NCBI GenBank assembly: GCA_036172245.1
Contig: JAYWIR010000035.1
Coordinates: forward strand, 1,984,001-2,048,000
Length of the DNA stretch: 64,000 nucleotides
Reading direction: 5' to 3'
Source of the DNA: Raillietiella orientalis
Lineage: Eukaryota
In this document: one piece after another, positions 1 to 11,112 of the stretch
How positions within the stretch are numbered: position 1 is the first letter of the stretch
How the letters are laid out: each line of letters begins with the position of its first letter
Made by a program: the position numbers and the translations under genes
Notes under the pieces: model-generated
Database searches by the model: none
What the model was told of the DNA's origin: nothing
What the model saw: the letters and a program-made list of their open reading frames with translations, nothing else

Positions 1-329
1 GCATGTGTAAAGAGAATTATCATCAGGAAGTCTTTCTTCTGCTCACACTTTCCGTTACCACGACAACGCATCCTGATTCTTACATTTCAGTCGTGCAAGT
101 CCTTTCCTCAAATGTACCATGAATTCTTATGCCTGTCATTATTTCAATTAATTGTAATGCTGCTCATTTTTGAACGCCCCAGGTATTAGGAAGTATTGAA
201 ATTAGTAAACGAATATTATCTGGAGAGGAAAGATCTGTTAATTCATATTATGGTATACAATACTTAATGGTTATTTTACGTATAATAAAATCAAATTTTG
301 AAACAGGTATTATGTGAACTTTATCCTGT

Positions 330-353
330 TATATATATATATATATATATATA
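330..353. repeat. (TA)n microsatellite
   Basis: directly visible. Confidence 0.95.
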
Positions 354-499
354 ACAGGATAGAGTTTTCAAAATTTTATTCGATTTCTGGAAAAAGGAGC
401 ATATGGATGGACGTTCTTGTGATCAGCTGTTCTCCCTCCTACGATTTAATTCAAGCAAGCGCTTTCGAAGACGAGAACTCGCGTTTCTTCTCACGTCTC

Positions 500-1550
500 G
501 TGACTATATCTTCCTCCTTTAGAAACGCGGATCATGATGAATCATTCTTCTGCCAACTGTTACTCTCCTTGAAAAAGCATTTCGGTTACTTACTGAGAGA
601 ATCCTTGCCAACTTGCCAAATTTATGTTATTGGGAGCTGAAATTGACGCGATGTGATGTTGGAAATCAGCATAAGCATTAAGGATGTCAGTTTGTTGAAA
701 GCACACAGCGACTCCACCGACTGTGACAACGAAGAAATTAATACATGTTCCAAAAGAACTGCTGTGCTTTTGGAGCACGCGAATATCATTTTCACGACCA
801 GTTTCCGAGACAAATCGAGAAGAGGACACGTGCGTCTATGAAGTCGATGGGAGTCATGTAGAATTTGCATGTAGAATTTTCTCATCTACAAGAATGCACT
901 CATTTTCTTCCTGATCTCCTAGAGCACTTCAGTTCAATGCTTAGAGACAAAAACAAGGTTGATCTTTCGCTTCTTCGGAAACTGGGAAGGGCCCCTCTTC
1001 GGAGCACATGTTGGTGGAAAATCTTCCACCAAACAAATCATTGTGTGTTGTCAGGCAAGCATTGCAAGTCGGAGTTGCTGGACCGAAGCTGAACCTTATA
1101 TGTGAGCTCAATGCGTTGGTGTTGCTATGGACATAAAGACAAAGAACGCACGTGCCTCATCTTATTTTTTCCGAGCATGGATCTTCCGAAACCTGCATCA
1201 ACTCTTAATGGAAACTTCGGTCAGCGTTTGTCTCTATCTACCCCACGCGACTTTCGGAAACCTCCGGGAGTCACATTTGCAACTTTGGAAGTGTTTTAAA
1301 TGATCTCATTCTTTTTCGGTCTGTAGAAATCGAAGAGTTCCAGTCCGAACCGGAGCCTTTCAAAAGTAGGCTTTTGTTCTCCTCTGTCCCATCTTCCAAT
1401 AGTCCCGATCCCAGACAGCTATGAATCATGAATCGCTCATGCATGAATGCCAACGGCTGAAACATAGCATGGATGCCTGATTTTTCGCTAGGGTGCACAA
1501 GGAAGCGTCCTGGAAGCAAACGGAAAATTTTCTCAAAATCTCTTCCTCGT
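500..1550 (-). mobile_element. decayed L1/Tx1-like LINE fragment (ORF1 end / APE endonuclease start)
   Basis: NDIRVLQKH...GGVAVCF resembles the EN DIxxLQETH and GGVAIL motifs. GRFLVHP...AFMHE near 1450-1520 resembles the ORF1 remnant at ~48100. Confidence 0.45.
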
Positions 1551-1949
1551 GGGCAAATGTCGACAGTGGTCTAAAATAATCTCACCATTGAACTGGCAAT
1601 AAAATTTCAGAATCTCATCTGTATTTCAAGTAAAATTCCTGCACTCTAAGAACCTAAATCTAAACGAATCGTTCACTAGCATCCGTAAATGCGAGTTAGT
1701 TCCGGCAGCTGCACTGTCAGAGAAGCTGCATCTCAGTGAATGAATCTGCATCTGAAGATTCCGTGCGTAGCGAAGAAGGCTTTGATGGATTCAATCGTTC
1801 CAGTCTTTTGGAGGGTACATTTGGAGAGTGATTTTGTTTTTTGGTTTTTGGGGGAGGTCTGCTCCCAGAGCCTCCGCAACTCCTAAGTAAATGTCTCCGG
1901 GTTCTCTCTGCAGATTTCTGAAACCAGTACGCATGATAGGTTTCAACAG

Positions 1950-3050
1950 AACACACAAATCAACTGTGCAACCAAGCTCATCACTCATGTCAGCTGCTGA
2001 ACTCAAAGGTCCTTACGAACCCAAGGCGTGCTGTTCCGGCAATACTTTGGTGTTTCATTTCCTCCATCACCTCCTAAACTCGTCTGGGTTTCTTACAAAA
2101 AGTAATTTTAAGTTGATCTGTGAAAGTTTCTAGAAATTCTATCTCGTCCATGGCTATAGACAGGTGGAGGATCCCACTTCCCTCTTTGGGGATATCTGGA
2201 AGTAATTTCAGGAACATGTCCGGATTTCATGGCTCCCCAAGAACTATGTAGCTTGCGGCACGAGCCCATGAGTATGTATGGATCTGTCTAGGAAGAGCAG
2301 AGTCCCAAGACACTCTTGTCTTCGCAAGTGTTTGCTGGTGCTATCGCAGACAACGGGACACCGTCCTGTCACATCCATCTGCCACTCCTCACGGTCATAT
2401 TGCGTCTCATGTTTTCTTTCCATTCTCTTTTTTTTCCTGTTCTGACCAGGAAGGGCAAAAGAGCAGCCAACCGAAAGGATGAGAGCCTTGCTGTCACGTG
2501 GAAGACACCACGAAACCACTTAATACTCGATGGAGAACCGCTCGGCCGGAGCAGACATTGGCCATCCCAAAATGCTGCTAGAGGAATGCAAAGGCAGTTT
2601 CCCAGAGGCACTCTGACAGTCCTTGCATTCATGAGGAACGTCTCTCTGTTGCCCTTCAGGGGCCAGAAAACTGGTGCACTTGTTTCTCCAGTGAGGAGTG
2701 CTCTCACAACGATACGTGTCATCGTGGCATCTTCTCTGGCAGTGCATGGCGCGGTAGTCTCGAGAAGAAGCTCAATTCCATCAGAGTAGTGGTGCATCGT
2801 CCCTGTAAGACCCCTCATGCAATACACCACCGCCTAAGGTCCTGACCACGGTAGGTTTTACAGGAGATTTTGGCACTTATTACGTTAAGTAGATTTGATT
2901 TGGCGTCCCTAAAGTTCGCGCTTTCCAAACCCGGCACCTGCGAACTATACGCGCCACGGCCCATCCCTCCTCTACCATTATTTCTTTGTTTACATACCTT
3001 CCCCCAAATCCATTTCAAGTCCTTCCCACATATAGGACCGCTTTTGCAAA
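1950..3050 (+). mobile_element. decayed L1/Tx1-like LINE fragment (RT thumb to CCHC finger)
   Basis: GNTLVFHFL thumb-like segment; frameshifted CCPSGARKLVHLFLQ* near 2650-2695 resembles CxxC...HLFxxC; many stops. Confidence 0.45.
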
Positions 3051-4750
3051 CATTTTTATATTGTATGTTGGTTTAGTAAGTAAACACGAACGGACTGGAT
3101 ATGAGGGCTGCAAACGCAATTGTTCTCTGCAATCTAACGCTTCTTGTAGCTTTATTCAGCAACTACAACTATGACGGGCAGAATCAGACTGCTGTCCTCC
3201 ACATCACTTACTAATCTCCCGAAACTCAGGGTTACTAACCGAAGATAATGTTGTGTGCGATCTCCTTAATGAAATCGTAGAATCAAAAGAAATTTAGAAA
3301 CTGAATCAATTGCTAGAGTCATTCCGAATCTATATTAGTTTGGAACTGGGGAAAAAAGGGCAATCTGCAAGGAAGAATAAATTTGCAAGAGATGTGATGA
3401 AAGTATCATCTCTGTAGAAAGTTTTGCACGCTGCTAGCAATCCTTTGACTGATTCTCTTGTATGTTCTCGAACTCTTGACTCTTACAGCTTGTGAATGAA
3501 CATTTTAGGTAATTAGTTTAGTAAATTACGTTGGATTGCAAGGGTCTCGATGCTTATTTGCACGTCACTTTTCCTTCGAGCCTCCAAGATTTTAACTCCT
3601 GACCTTTGCTTCAGCTAAATGTCTGACAAAAAGCTGTTTTTATACAGGACATTGACAGTATCTTTGTAAAAGAAGAGACCTAGAAATTCACACCCATTCA
3701 TCTCTGTCGAAAAGCAACAAACGTTTCTTCTGTACATTTTTCCTCATTAAACAAAAACGCTTTCAAAAGAAGCTTTCGGAAGTATTCCTTTCTTTTCTTG
3801 TATGTAATGAGATATCCTGATACCTGCTGAAATATGTGACGTTTCAACAATGTAATCTGAAATTCACGTAAATATTAGCATAAATACTCTTTGGCTGATG
3901 GGCATTTGACCTTACAGTGCATGCGCCAACTGAACTGCTGTGAATTATGATAGTTCTGCAAGAGGCAGTAAGGAAAGTGCAGGATTTCTAACATATTTAT
4001 CATTCATATCTTATCATCAGAATAGTGCAAAAACTTACGGAATGTATTATTGATGAATAAGAAGAATATGTTCTTTAGAGCAAGCAGACTGTTTGTACTA
4101 TTGAAATTAATCACTACTAAAAACTTTATTGTTATTCCTAATATCAATCTTTAAATAAATATTTATAGTAGTCATTACTGAAGCCCATTATGCTTAATTA
4201 GTACACTTATTATTTACTGAATATACTGGTCTAATGCTACATTTCTGCGAATGTGCACTCTATAAAGCCATGAAAAATTCTTTTGAATCGATTGTTTCTT
4301 TTTAGTAAGTTTTATTTCTCAAATTATTGCAAAAAAAATTACAAATGTCGTATGTTTCAACTGTTGAGTAAAAATACAGATATTTTTACAAAAATAAAAA
4401 GGCCTGCGAATTCAACCTCTACAATGCAATGTACTTGTGAAACAAAAAATAATTTACTTTTAAAATAATTTTGGTCTGGTTTTTTTTAGTGCACAAAACT
4501 GCCTATTCTGATGATCACTGGAATGCTTCATGAATTCAATAAATGAATGATTCAATTATAATTTCATAAAAAATACTTCTTCATTCCTGCTGACTATCGT
4601 ACCTTTCAACTTTATTAAGTAAACAGTAAGTTAATGTGCCTGTTAATACCCAGCTTTAATATCAGAAAATCTTTGGTAACCCTACTAATGTACGGCTCGA
4701 GTCGAAAACTTTAACCTGTGGCAGGTATAGATTACAATCTCGTCTTCATA

Positions 4751-6321
4751 ATGGTATGTACAATTTTGATTTCATAGTTAAGAATATGTTGGAATAGTCA
4801 GATTACTTCACTATCACAAGTGTCCAACAGCGCGTTTAAAAGCTGGCACTTTATATGTTAGTATCAGCTTTACATTTGTGTCAGCAATAGTCATTTAGAA
4901 TTTTCAGTTCGGCCTTGTTTAAAATTCTTGAAATTTAGATGTATCCTTTAGATATTTCGTCGTCAATTATCTTAAGGCGCCAGATTCTAATGAGTGTTTA
5001 TTTGAAAAGATTTGGGGGCAGTGTAGATTTTTGAATTTTGAAATGTATTAAGTTTCACATTCTAATCAAGTGTGAAGTGTCCTTTGGAATTGTTTCGTTT
5101 TACAAAATATTACAATGATATATCTCATTCTTTTTTTTTTTTTTATAGTTTTTGTAATAGTGTATATGATATTGAGGGCTAGAAAGTGTTTAATGGAACA
5201 TTTGTAATATGATGCACACTAGATGCCTGAAAAATTGACTCTAGTGTACAAATTCCTCCCCCCCCCGGTCATTACGATTTGGATATTTCACGGAAATTTT
5301 TGCTTTTCTTGATCTCAATGATTTTAGTTCATAATATTTCACATATTCCAGGCCAGGAGATATGACTCAAGAACAACGATATTTTCTCCAGAAGGTAACC
5401 CAAGAAGGATGAATTTTTTTATGATCGCAAATGCATTTTTGTAGGTCGTCTTTACCAGATTGAATATGCCATGGAAGCTATTGGTCATGCTGGTACTTGT
5501 CTAGGCATTCTGGCTAAAGATGGAATAGTGTTGGCAGCAGAACGTAGGAATGTAAATAAGTTGCTAGATGAGACTCCATTCTCAGAGAAGATTTATCGGA
5601 TCACAGAGTGAGAGAGAATATGAGCTGAAACTAGTTTTTCAATGGTTTGCAGTGATATTATGTGTAGTGTAGCAGGCATCACTTCTGATGCTAATGTGCT
5701 CGTCACAGAATTGCGACATATGGCACAAAAGCATGAACATTCGTATGGAACATCTATCCCCTGTGAACATTTAGTTCAGTGGTTGTGCGATGTGAAGCAA
5801 GCATACACTCAATTTGGAGGCAAACGTCCGTTTGGCACTTCTCTTTTGTATGCAGGCTGGGATCACCATTATGGCTATCAGTTGTATCAATCAGATCCCA
5901 GTGGAAACTATGGAGGGTGGAAAGCAACATGTATTGGCAACAACAGTGGAGTAAGATAGTGAGACTGTAAACACTAACCTTTGGGATTTGTAGGTAGCTA
6001 TTTCCTTGCTAAAACAGGAGTATCGCGAGGATGAAATCACTTTAACTGATGCTCTTAGGCTAATTATTCGTGTGTTGAGTAAAACTATGGATGTCACTCG
6101 GCTCACACCTGATAGAGGTTAGTTACTATATCTGAATTTGCCATTTTTAAGTTTGAATGTTAGTTGAATTAGCCACCTTGACACGTCATAAGGATCATAC
6201 CAAAGTCACCATTTTAACAAGTGCACAAATTGGTTCTCTTATTGCAGCATGTGAAAAAGCTGAATCAGAAGCTGCAAAGAAAGATAAGGAACAGGATAAG
6301 ACAAAAGACTCAGTGGAATAA
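4751..6321 (+). CDS. PSMA4: 20S proteasome subunit alpha type-4 (alpha3), spliced: join(4751..4753,5352..5394,5445..5607,5653..5950,5994..6117,6164..6321), 262 aa
   Basis: Spliced translation [57 protein letters not shown]...[12 protein letters not shown]...[50 protein letters not shown]...LKQEY...VLSKTMD...VELATLTR carries the proteasome alpha N-terminal signature and alpha3-specific motifs. All introns are GT-AG and phases are consistent (789 nt). The ATG exon (atg|gtatgt at 4751) is the least certain part. Confidence 0.96.
5352..5394 (+). CDS. PSMA4: PSMA4 coding exon 2 ([14 protein letters not shown])
   Basis: ttccag| acceptor, |gtaacc donor; proteasome alpha signature. Confidence 0.95.
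5445..5607 (+). CDS. PSMA4: PSMA4 coding exon 3
   Basis: ttgtag| acceptor, |gtgaga donor; [13 protein letters not shown]...EKIYRIT. Confidence 0.95.
5653..5950 (+). CDS. PSMA4: PSMA4 coding exon 4
   Basis: ttgcag| acceptor, |gtaaga donor; lies within ORF 5642..5959. Confidence 0.96.
5994..6117 (+). CDS. PSMA4: PSMA4 coding exon 5
   Basis: ctaac branch motif, ttgtag| acceptor, |gttagt donor; [10 protein letters not shown]...[14 protein letters not shown]. Confidence 0.93.
6164..6321 (+). CDS. PSMA4: PSMA4 last coding exon
   Basis: tgttag| acceptor; VELATLTR...KDSVE*; TAA at 6319-6321. Confidence 0.92.
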
Positions 6322-7899
6322 ATGTTCTGGGTTAACTTTTGTTTATTTTTTGGATTGTGATTGTGCACATTCTTTCTCTGAATTATTAAGGTAGATTCCT
6401 TCTGTATTCAGCAGTATGCAAAATGAGCGTAGAACAAAATCACAGAGTAACAATACCACTCCCCCCCTTTTCTACCTCCAGAAACTGTTCTCTTCTCATT
6501 GCACAATTCTAACTTGATCTTGAATTGTGCAATGAAAAGAATTTCTTAGTTTTGGAAATAAATGCTAATTTTGATTCTTAAAGTATCTTAATGATTTGTT
6601 TTTAAAAAGAAATGTGATTACAATTTTCCTTGTCAGATTTATTTAACCACTTGGTAGAGAAGTTATGAAAACGCTTACCAGGCTTGATAGTTATGTAAAT
6701 ACTGCTTGGGTATGTGCGTAAAATTTCCGTTTGGTTATTAATTTCAAAAAAAGGAATTTTTTGTTTTTCTTCAGGTTTGCGGAATAAACAAGCTTTCAGC
6801 TTTTGCATTTGAACAGCACTTGTGTATAACGTATATTCATATATGAGCCTGATTTGTAATTGAAATCTCGAAGTTCCTTTCTTCCTAAATGAACAATATC
6901 CGGGCTTTCAGAATTTTAATAACTCGTGACAAGATTATGATTTCCAGGACATTATGGTTTGTGCCCCGAAATCAGCCCGTCGGATTCGAAGGATTCGTTT
7001 TATTTGTCGTGCAGAAGCATCCCTGTCTTTCGATTTGTTCTCAGTTTGATTTTCTTTAACTGCCTCGCCGACGTTCCTCGTGTGTTTTTTGATTTTATTG
7101 ACAAATACCATGTTGAACCTCATATAGGAGGTCTATTTTTGATTTCCGAGGAATTGTAGTTTTCATTTGTGCATCAAATTAGAAAAGGATATTCAGTAGT
7201 AATTGAAAGAAAGTACAAACTGTGATGCTTATAAGCAGAAGTGATGTGCCCAACCGCGAAGCAGTGATGAGTACTGTACAGCACTTGAAGAAATTAAGTA
7301 AATTTTAAATTTCTCGATATTCCGTTTAGTAAAAAAAAAATGAGAGTCGGTGATTTTTGTGATTCACAAAGTAGATCCGATAGTTTAGACAGATCAGGAA
7401 AGAATGTTTGGTTTGATTTTTTGTTTATGTTGTTGGTTTTAAAATCGCAAAAACAAAAAAATCTTGGAAACCAGACTTCTCAGATAATACGAACTTACAC
7501 AGCTAATGAATCAGTTCGCTCCATCTACTTAAACACTCATTAGCTCAATGATTAGGAAAAAAAAATTTTGCCTCCGCCATTAATGAAATTCACGGTGAAG
7601 ACACTGCACTAAAATTCTTTTGAATTTAATTTTGGTATTTCAGTTTGAAACTCACTTATCTGGTATGATAGTACCTTGTGTTTCCTTTCAGTATAATTAT
7701 TGGAATTATTTCATTTGCATTATAAGGTTCTTGAATCGGAATGCATTCGAGTCCAGGCGTTTTTTCTATACGTTCATGAAAGTGTGGCGCGAGCTTTTAG
7801 GTATACAGCAGTTTCTCTCCGAGTTTGAATATTCGGTGAATCCGTAATGGAAGTCGTCAAAGACCCAGGTCACTGCCGAGGTGTCCACTGCGAAACAGT

Positions 7900-9300
7900 G
7901 AAAATGGTTATCGTTCTTTGCCACCGAGTTTGAGAGGCTCATATTTACAAGGCTTACCCTCTTCCGGCCTTAAGATTGGGGTGCAGGTTGTTAGTTTGTG
8001 TACCTTCTGATGCCCTTTCTGAGAAAAAAGTGGTGTTCCGAATTTCGCATTCGTTTTAACGAGAAGGCGGACCACTTGCTTTTGACCTCGAAAAAATTCT
8101 GAAAAGTCTGAAGACCAGTTGGAACAGAAATGGGTGTTGAGAAACAAACGAAATAAATCGATTAGCAGATGGTAAGTTTCTTCGGTATGTCGTATTTGAT
8201 CGCATCCGCAAGGCTTCCAATGACACGGATTCATTCTCCAAGCCAGAAACAAAACTGGGGAATGAATGTTTGCATTTGAGTACATTTCCGTTGTATGCAT
8301 TCGTCTGCTTATTGCCAGCTACTGCGTTCTCCAAGTACAGAAAAAGGTAAGCGGTACAAAGCTGGAAGAACGCGATCGGAAAGATGTGTTGGACAAGATG
8401 CTGTAGATGTGATTGTGTAAATGTGTCAATACGTAGAGTGTTATTTTGGTATCAGCGAACAGTAAATTTGGTTTCTAAAGGAAAACAAGGTGCTCTTCTT
8501 AAAAAGTTTCATCGCACCGGTAGTGTTGTGCGAGTACAAAGAAAATTCAAGGATTTGTACACACGCAAGTTCCAGGGACGTGCAATGACAGAAGCAACAT
8601 GCCGACTTGAGGACGCTGTTACCGACAGTCAAAAGATCGGTAAATACTAGCAACTGTGGCGTGTGAACAGAAAGTGCGTTGGAATCATCAACCCAGCTCT
8701 CTGGCAGGAACTTCAAACCCTTGTGACTTATGTGGTTCGTGTCCACAGCTTCTAGGCAAAAACACCCCACATTTGTTTATTCGTCGGGGTTTGGCTTACT
8801 CTCATCTCCATAGATGTGTAAACAGGCACCATATGTGCCCGTGTTTGCGCCGCAGACAAAATCCACTGAATCTGAGATGCCCTGTCTCGGGTGCTCCATT
8901 CCAGCTTTCGGAGCTTCTGGACCAACCTGTTATAGGGAAGCTGCGATCCAGAGATCTTCGAAGACGCGCTTTTTCTTCTCGTCGAGGGGAGTGGATTTCG
9001 AGGATTTTTGTTTTCCTGATGAGGTGGGAAAAGTCCTTATACAGCAAACGCGATTCTTCTAGACTGCATCGTTTAGCGTCATTCAACCCGATGACAATTC
9101 CCACTGTTTCCATTCTTGGGCTTTTCTCAAAGATGCGAAAAGCGTTTCTGTGTTTTTCGCATCACAGGACGCTTTCCCCCTAAGCGGTTTTACGAAGAAA
9201 CCTGCTGTATTGCCATTTTATATTCAACAATACTCCTTTTTATTGCCTGGGGAAGGGAACTTGCACTGCGACACGTTCCTTCACTGCCTGACTTGCTCCC
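7900..9300 (-). mobile_element. decayed L1/Tx1-like LINE fragment (RT C-terminal half and zinc finger)
   Basis: GLNDAKRC, KILEIHS and WSRSSESWNG resemble RT/thumb motifs; WRMNPCHWKPCGCDQIRHTEETYHLLID resembles the zf-RVT CCHC region. Confidence 0.6.
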
Positions 9301-9899
9301 TTGACTCTTGAGTCAAGGTCAGGGGAGCAGCCACCCTAAGGAAAGCAGCACTTAGTGCCAAAAATTCCTCAAGTCCATCTCAAGCCTCAGGTCTAATTTT
9401 CTTCTACACATTTACGTAGCAGGGTCATCAAATTTAGACGTCAAGAACGATGACCTTGTAAGAGACGCAGGGCACCTGTCCTTAATTTGTGGGTTCTCGC
9501 GGGCCAAGAGCCGAATGCGCAACGTATTCCGGGGTGGGTCGCTGCCAAAGGGATGCTACCTGTGAAGCTCCTGTCCTCTGCAACGGTCCTCCCCTGAGAA
9601 AGCTACCCGAGTAAAGACGCTGCCACCTAGGGGACACTGGCAACCAGGGACGGGTATCGCCTCGGACAGCCATCCAGACGTGGATTCCTTTGCGCAGCGA
9701 AGCTCTTCGGAGGTTCTGACCCTACGGATGGAAGAGACGGGCTGCGGGGAGGGAGTTCCGCTTGACAAAGTACCCGAACAGGCAACAGGAAAGGAAGGAG
9801 TTTAAGTGATATATGTTATGTCGACAACAAGGGCAGAAAGAAGAACAAATGGAAAAGGGGTTGGCTGGGGGGTCTTCGATCGGGAAACCCGGGGTCCCG

Positions 9900-11112
9900 A
9901 TCAAAGAGTGTGAAAGAGGGGATGCTTTGCTGAGCCACCAGGAGCGAAGACGCGGAGGGCGTTTCGGCCCAGAAGTGAGACTTCCTGATGCTGTCTTCCT
10001 CCCGCAGCTTCCCCCTTTTTGGAAGAATCCTGCCGCTGGCTCCGCGGCCTTCGTCTCGTGGGACCGCACAGAGCAGCTGCGCTCGGATCAGAGCGGAACG
10101 TTTCGCTGTCCATTTCCCTTTCACTGGGGAAACGAGGAGAAGAAGTGCACGTGCCAACAACAAACAAGAGGTCGCTGCTCGGAACGCAATCGCTCGGACT
10201 GTCCGAGAGCGGCAACGAAGCCTCCAACCACCTGCTGCTTGGGACTCTTCGTAGGGAGAGTGGCGAAAAGAAAAGCGACTGGGAAACTCGTGCGGACGAG
10301 AATCCAGGGAGCACGAACGAATCGTCCGGGCAAACCCATCCTGTAGGAATGCGCGGAGGACTCTCCGAACGCCCTTCCATGCACCACGCAGGGTTCTACA
10401 CTCCCCTTGAAGTGGCAGGAGTCGGCGTTGCTGCTGCTGCAGCGGGGTCTCCCGTGAAACGCCCGCAGGCATTACTGGACACGGGAGGGGGGGAGGTGCG
10501 AGCCCTAACTGTGGCAGGTGCAGGGAGTGGGAATCCCTCCCGCACCTGCTTGTTGGTAGCGTTGCCCTCCGGCACCCCTGGGAATGCTTTCCCGCGACCC
10601 TAGGAACCGCCGGCGGCAACTCCAGGGACCCTTTAAGATCCTTCCTCCTACGGGATGCGCTTCGACCGGCAGTCTCGCTAGGGGATCTCTGTTGCCTTCG
10701 CGGCATTGCAGCGGCCTGGAGCGATGCAAGAGGAGGACGGAGAGACAGGGTTGCCATCCATTTTGCCGTCCGCTTCCAGAATATGGCAACAAGATAGCTC
10801 CACCTGAAGGGACAGTACGCAGAAAGAGCTTGCCGACATCTACGAAAGAACGCAGAGGTCCGCCCCCAGTAGGACTTCCCTTCCCTTCCACCCCCCTCCT
10901 CCAACCCAAGGTTATCAGTTTATTTTTGTTTTTCTTTCTTCTTTTTGTTTGCCCCTTCCCCTCTGCTGTCGCGGCAAATCTCACCGGTCTGCGTACCGGC
11001 AACCCGGCAGGTTCCCATTAAAATGCACGCGGTTGGACCACCGGTCCGACCACAACCTTTGTACAAGTTTATTTTTACATTAAATAAACGCCCCGGCGCA
11101 CCCGGGTGGCAA
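9900..11112 (+). mobile_element. L1/Tx1-like LINE 3' part, copy A (zinc finger and 3' UTR)
   Basis: TLPLKWQESALLLL...NCGRCREWESLPHLLVGSVALRHPWE aligns by eye with the copy at 44875-45070; T-rich 3' UTR; AATAAA at 11083; ccgggtggcaa at 11102-11112. Confidence 0.8.

Noticed and set aside
3150..3900. Possible gene divergent from PSMA4
   Set aside because: All frames checked are interrupted, with no consistent splice pattern; only a weak resemblance to a LINE linker, too weak to list as a feature
4508..4593. C/D snoRNA-like TGATGA...CTGA
   Set aside because: No terminal stem and no recognisable guide sequence
4274..7625. 15-bp direct repeat aaaattcttttgaat flanking PSMA4 (possible TSD)
   Set aside because: Low-complexity match in AT-rich DNA, and the gene retains introns so it is not a retrocopy
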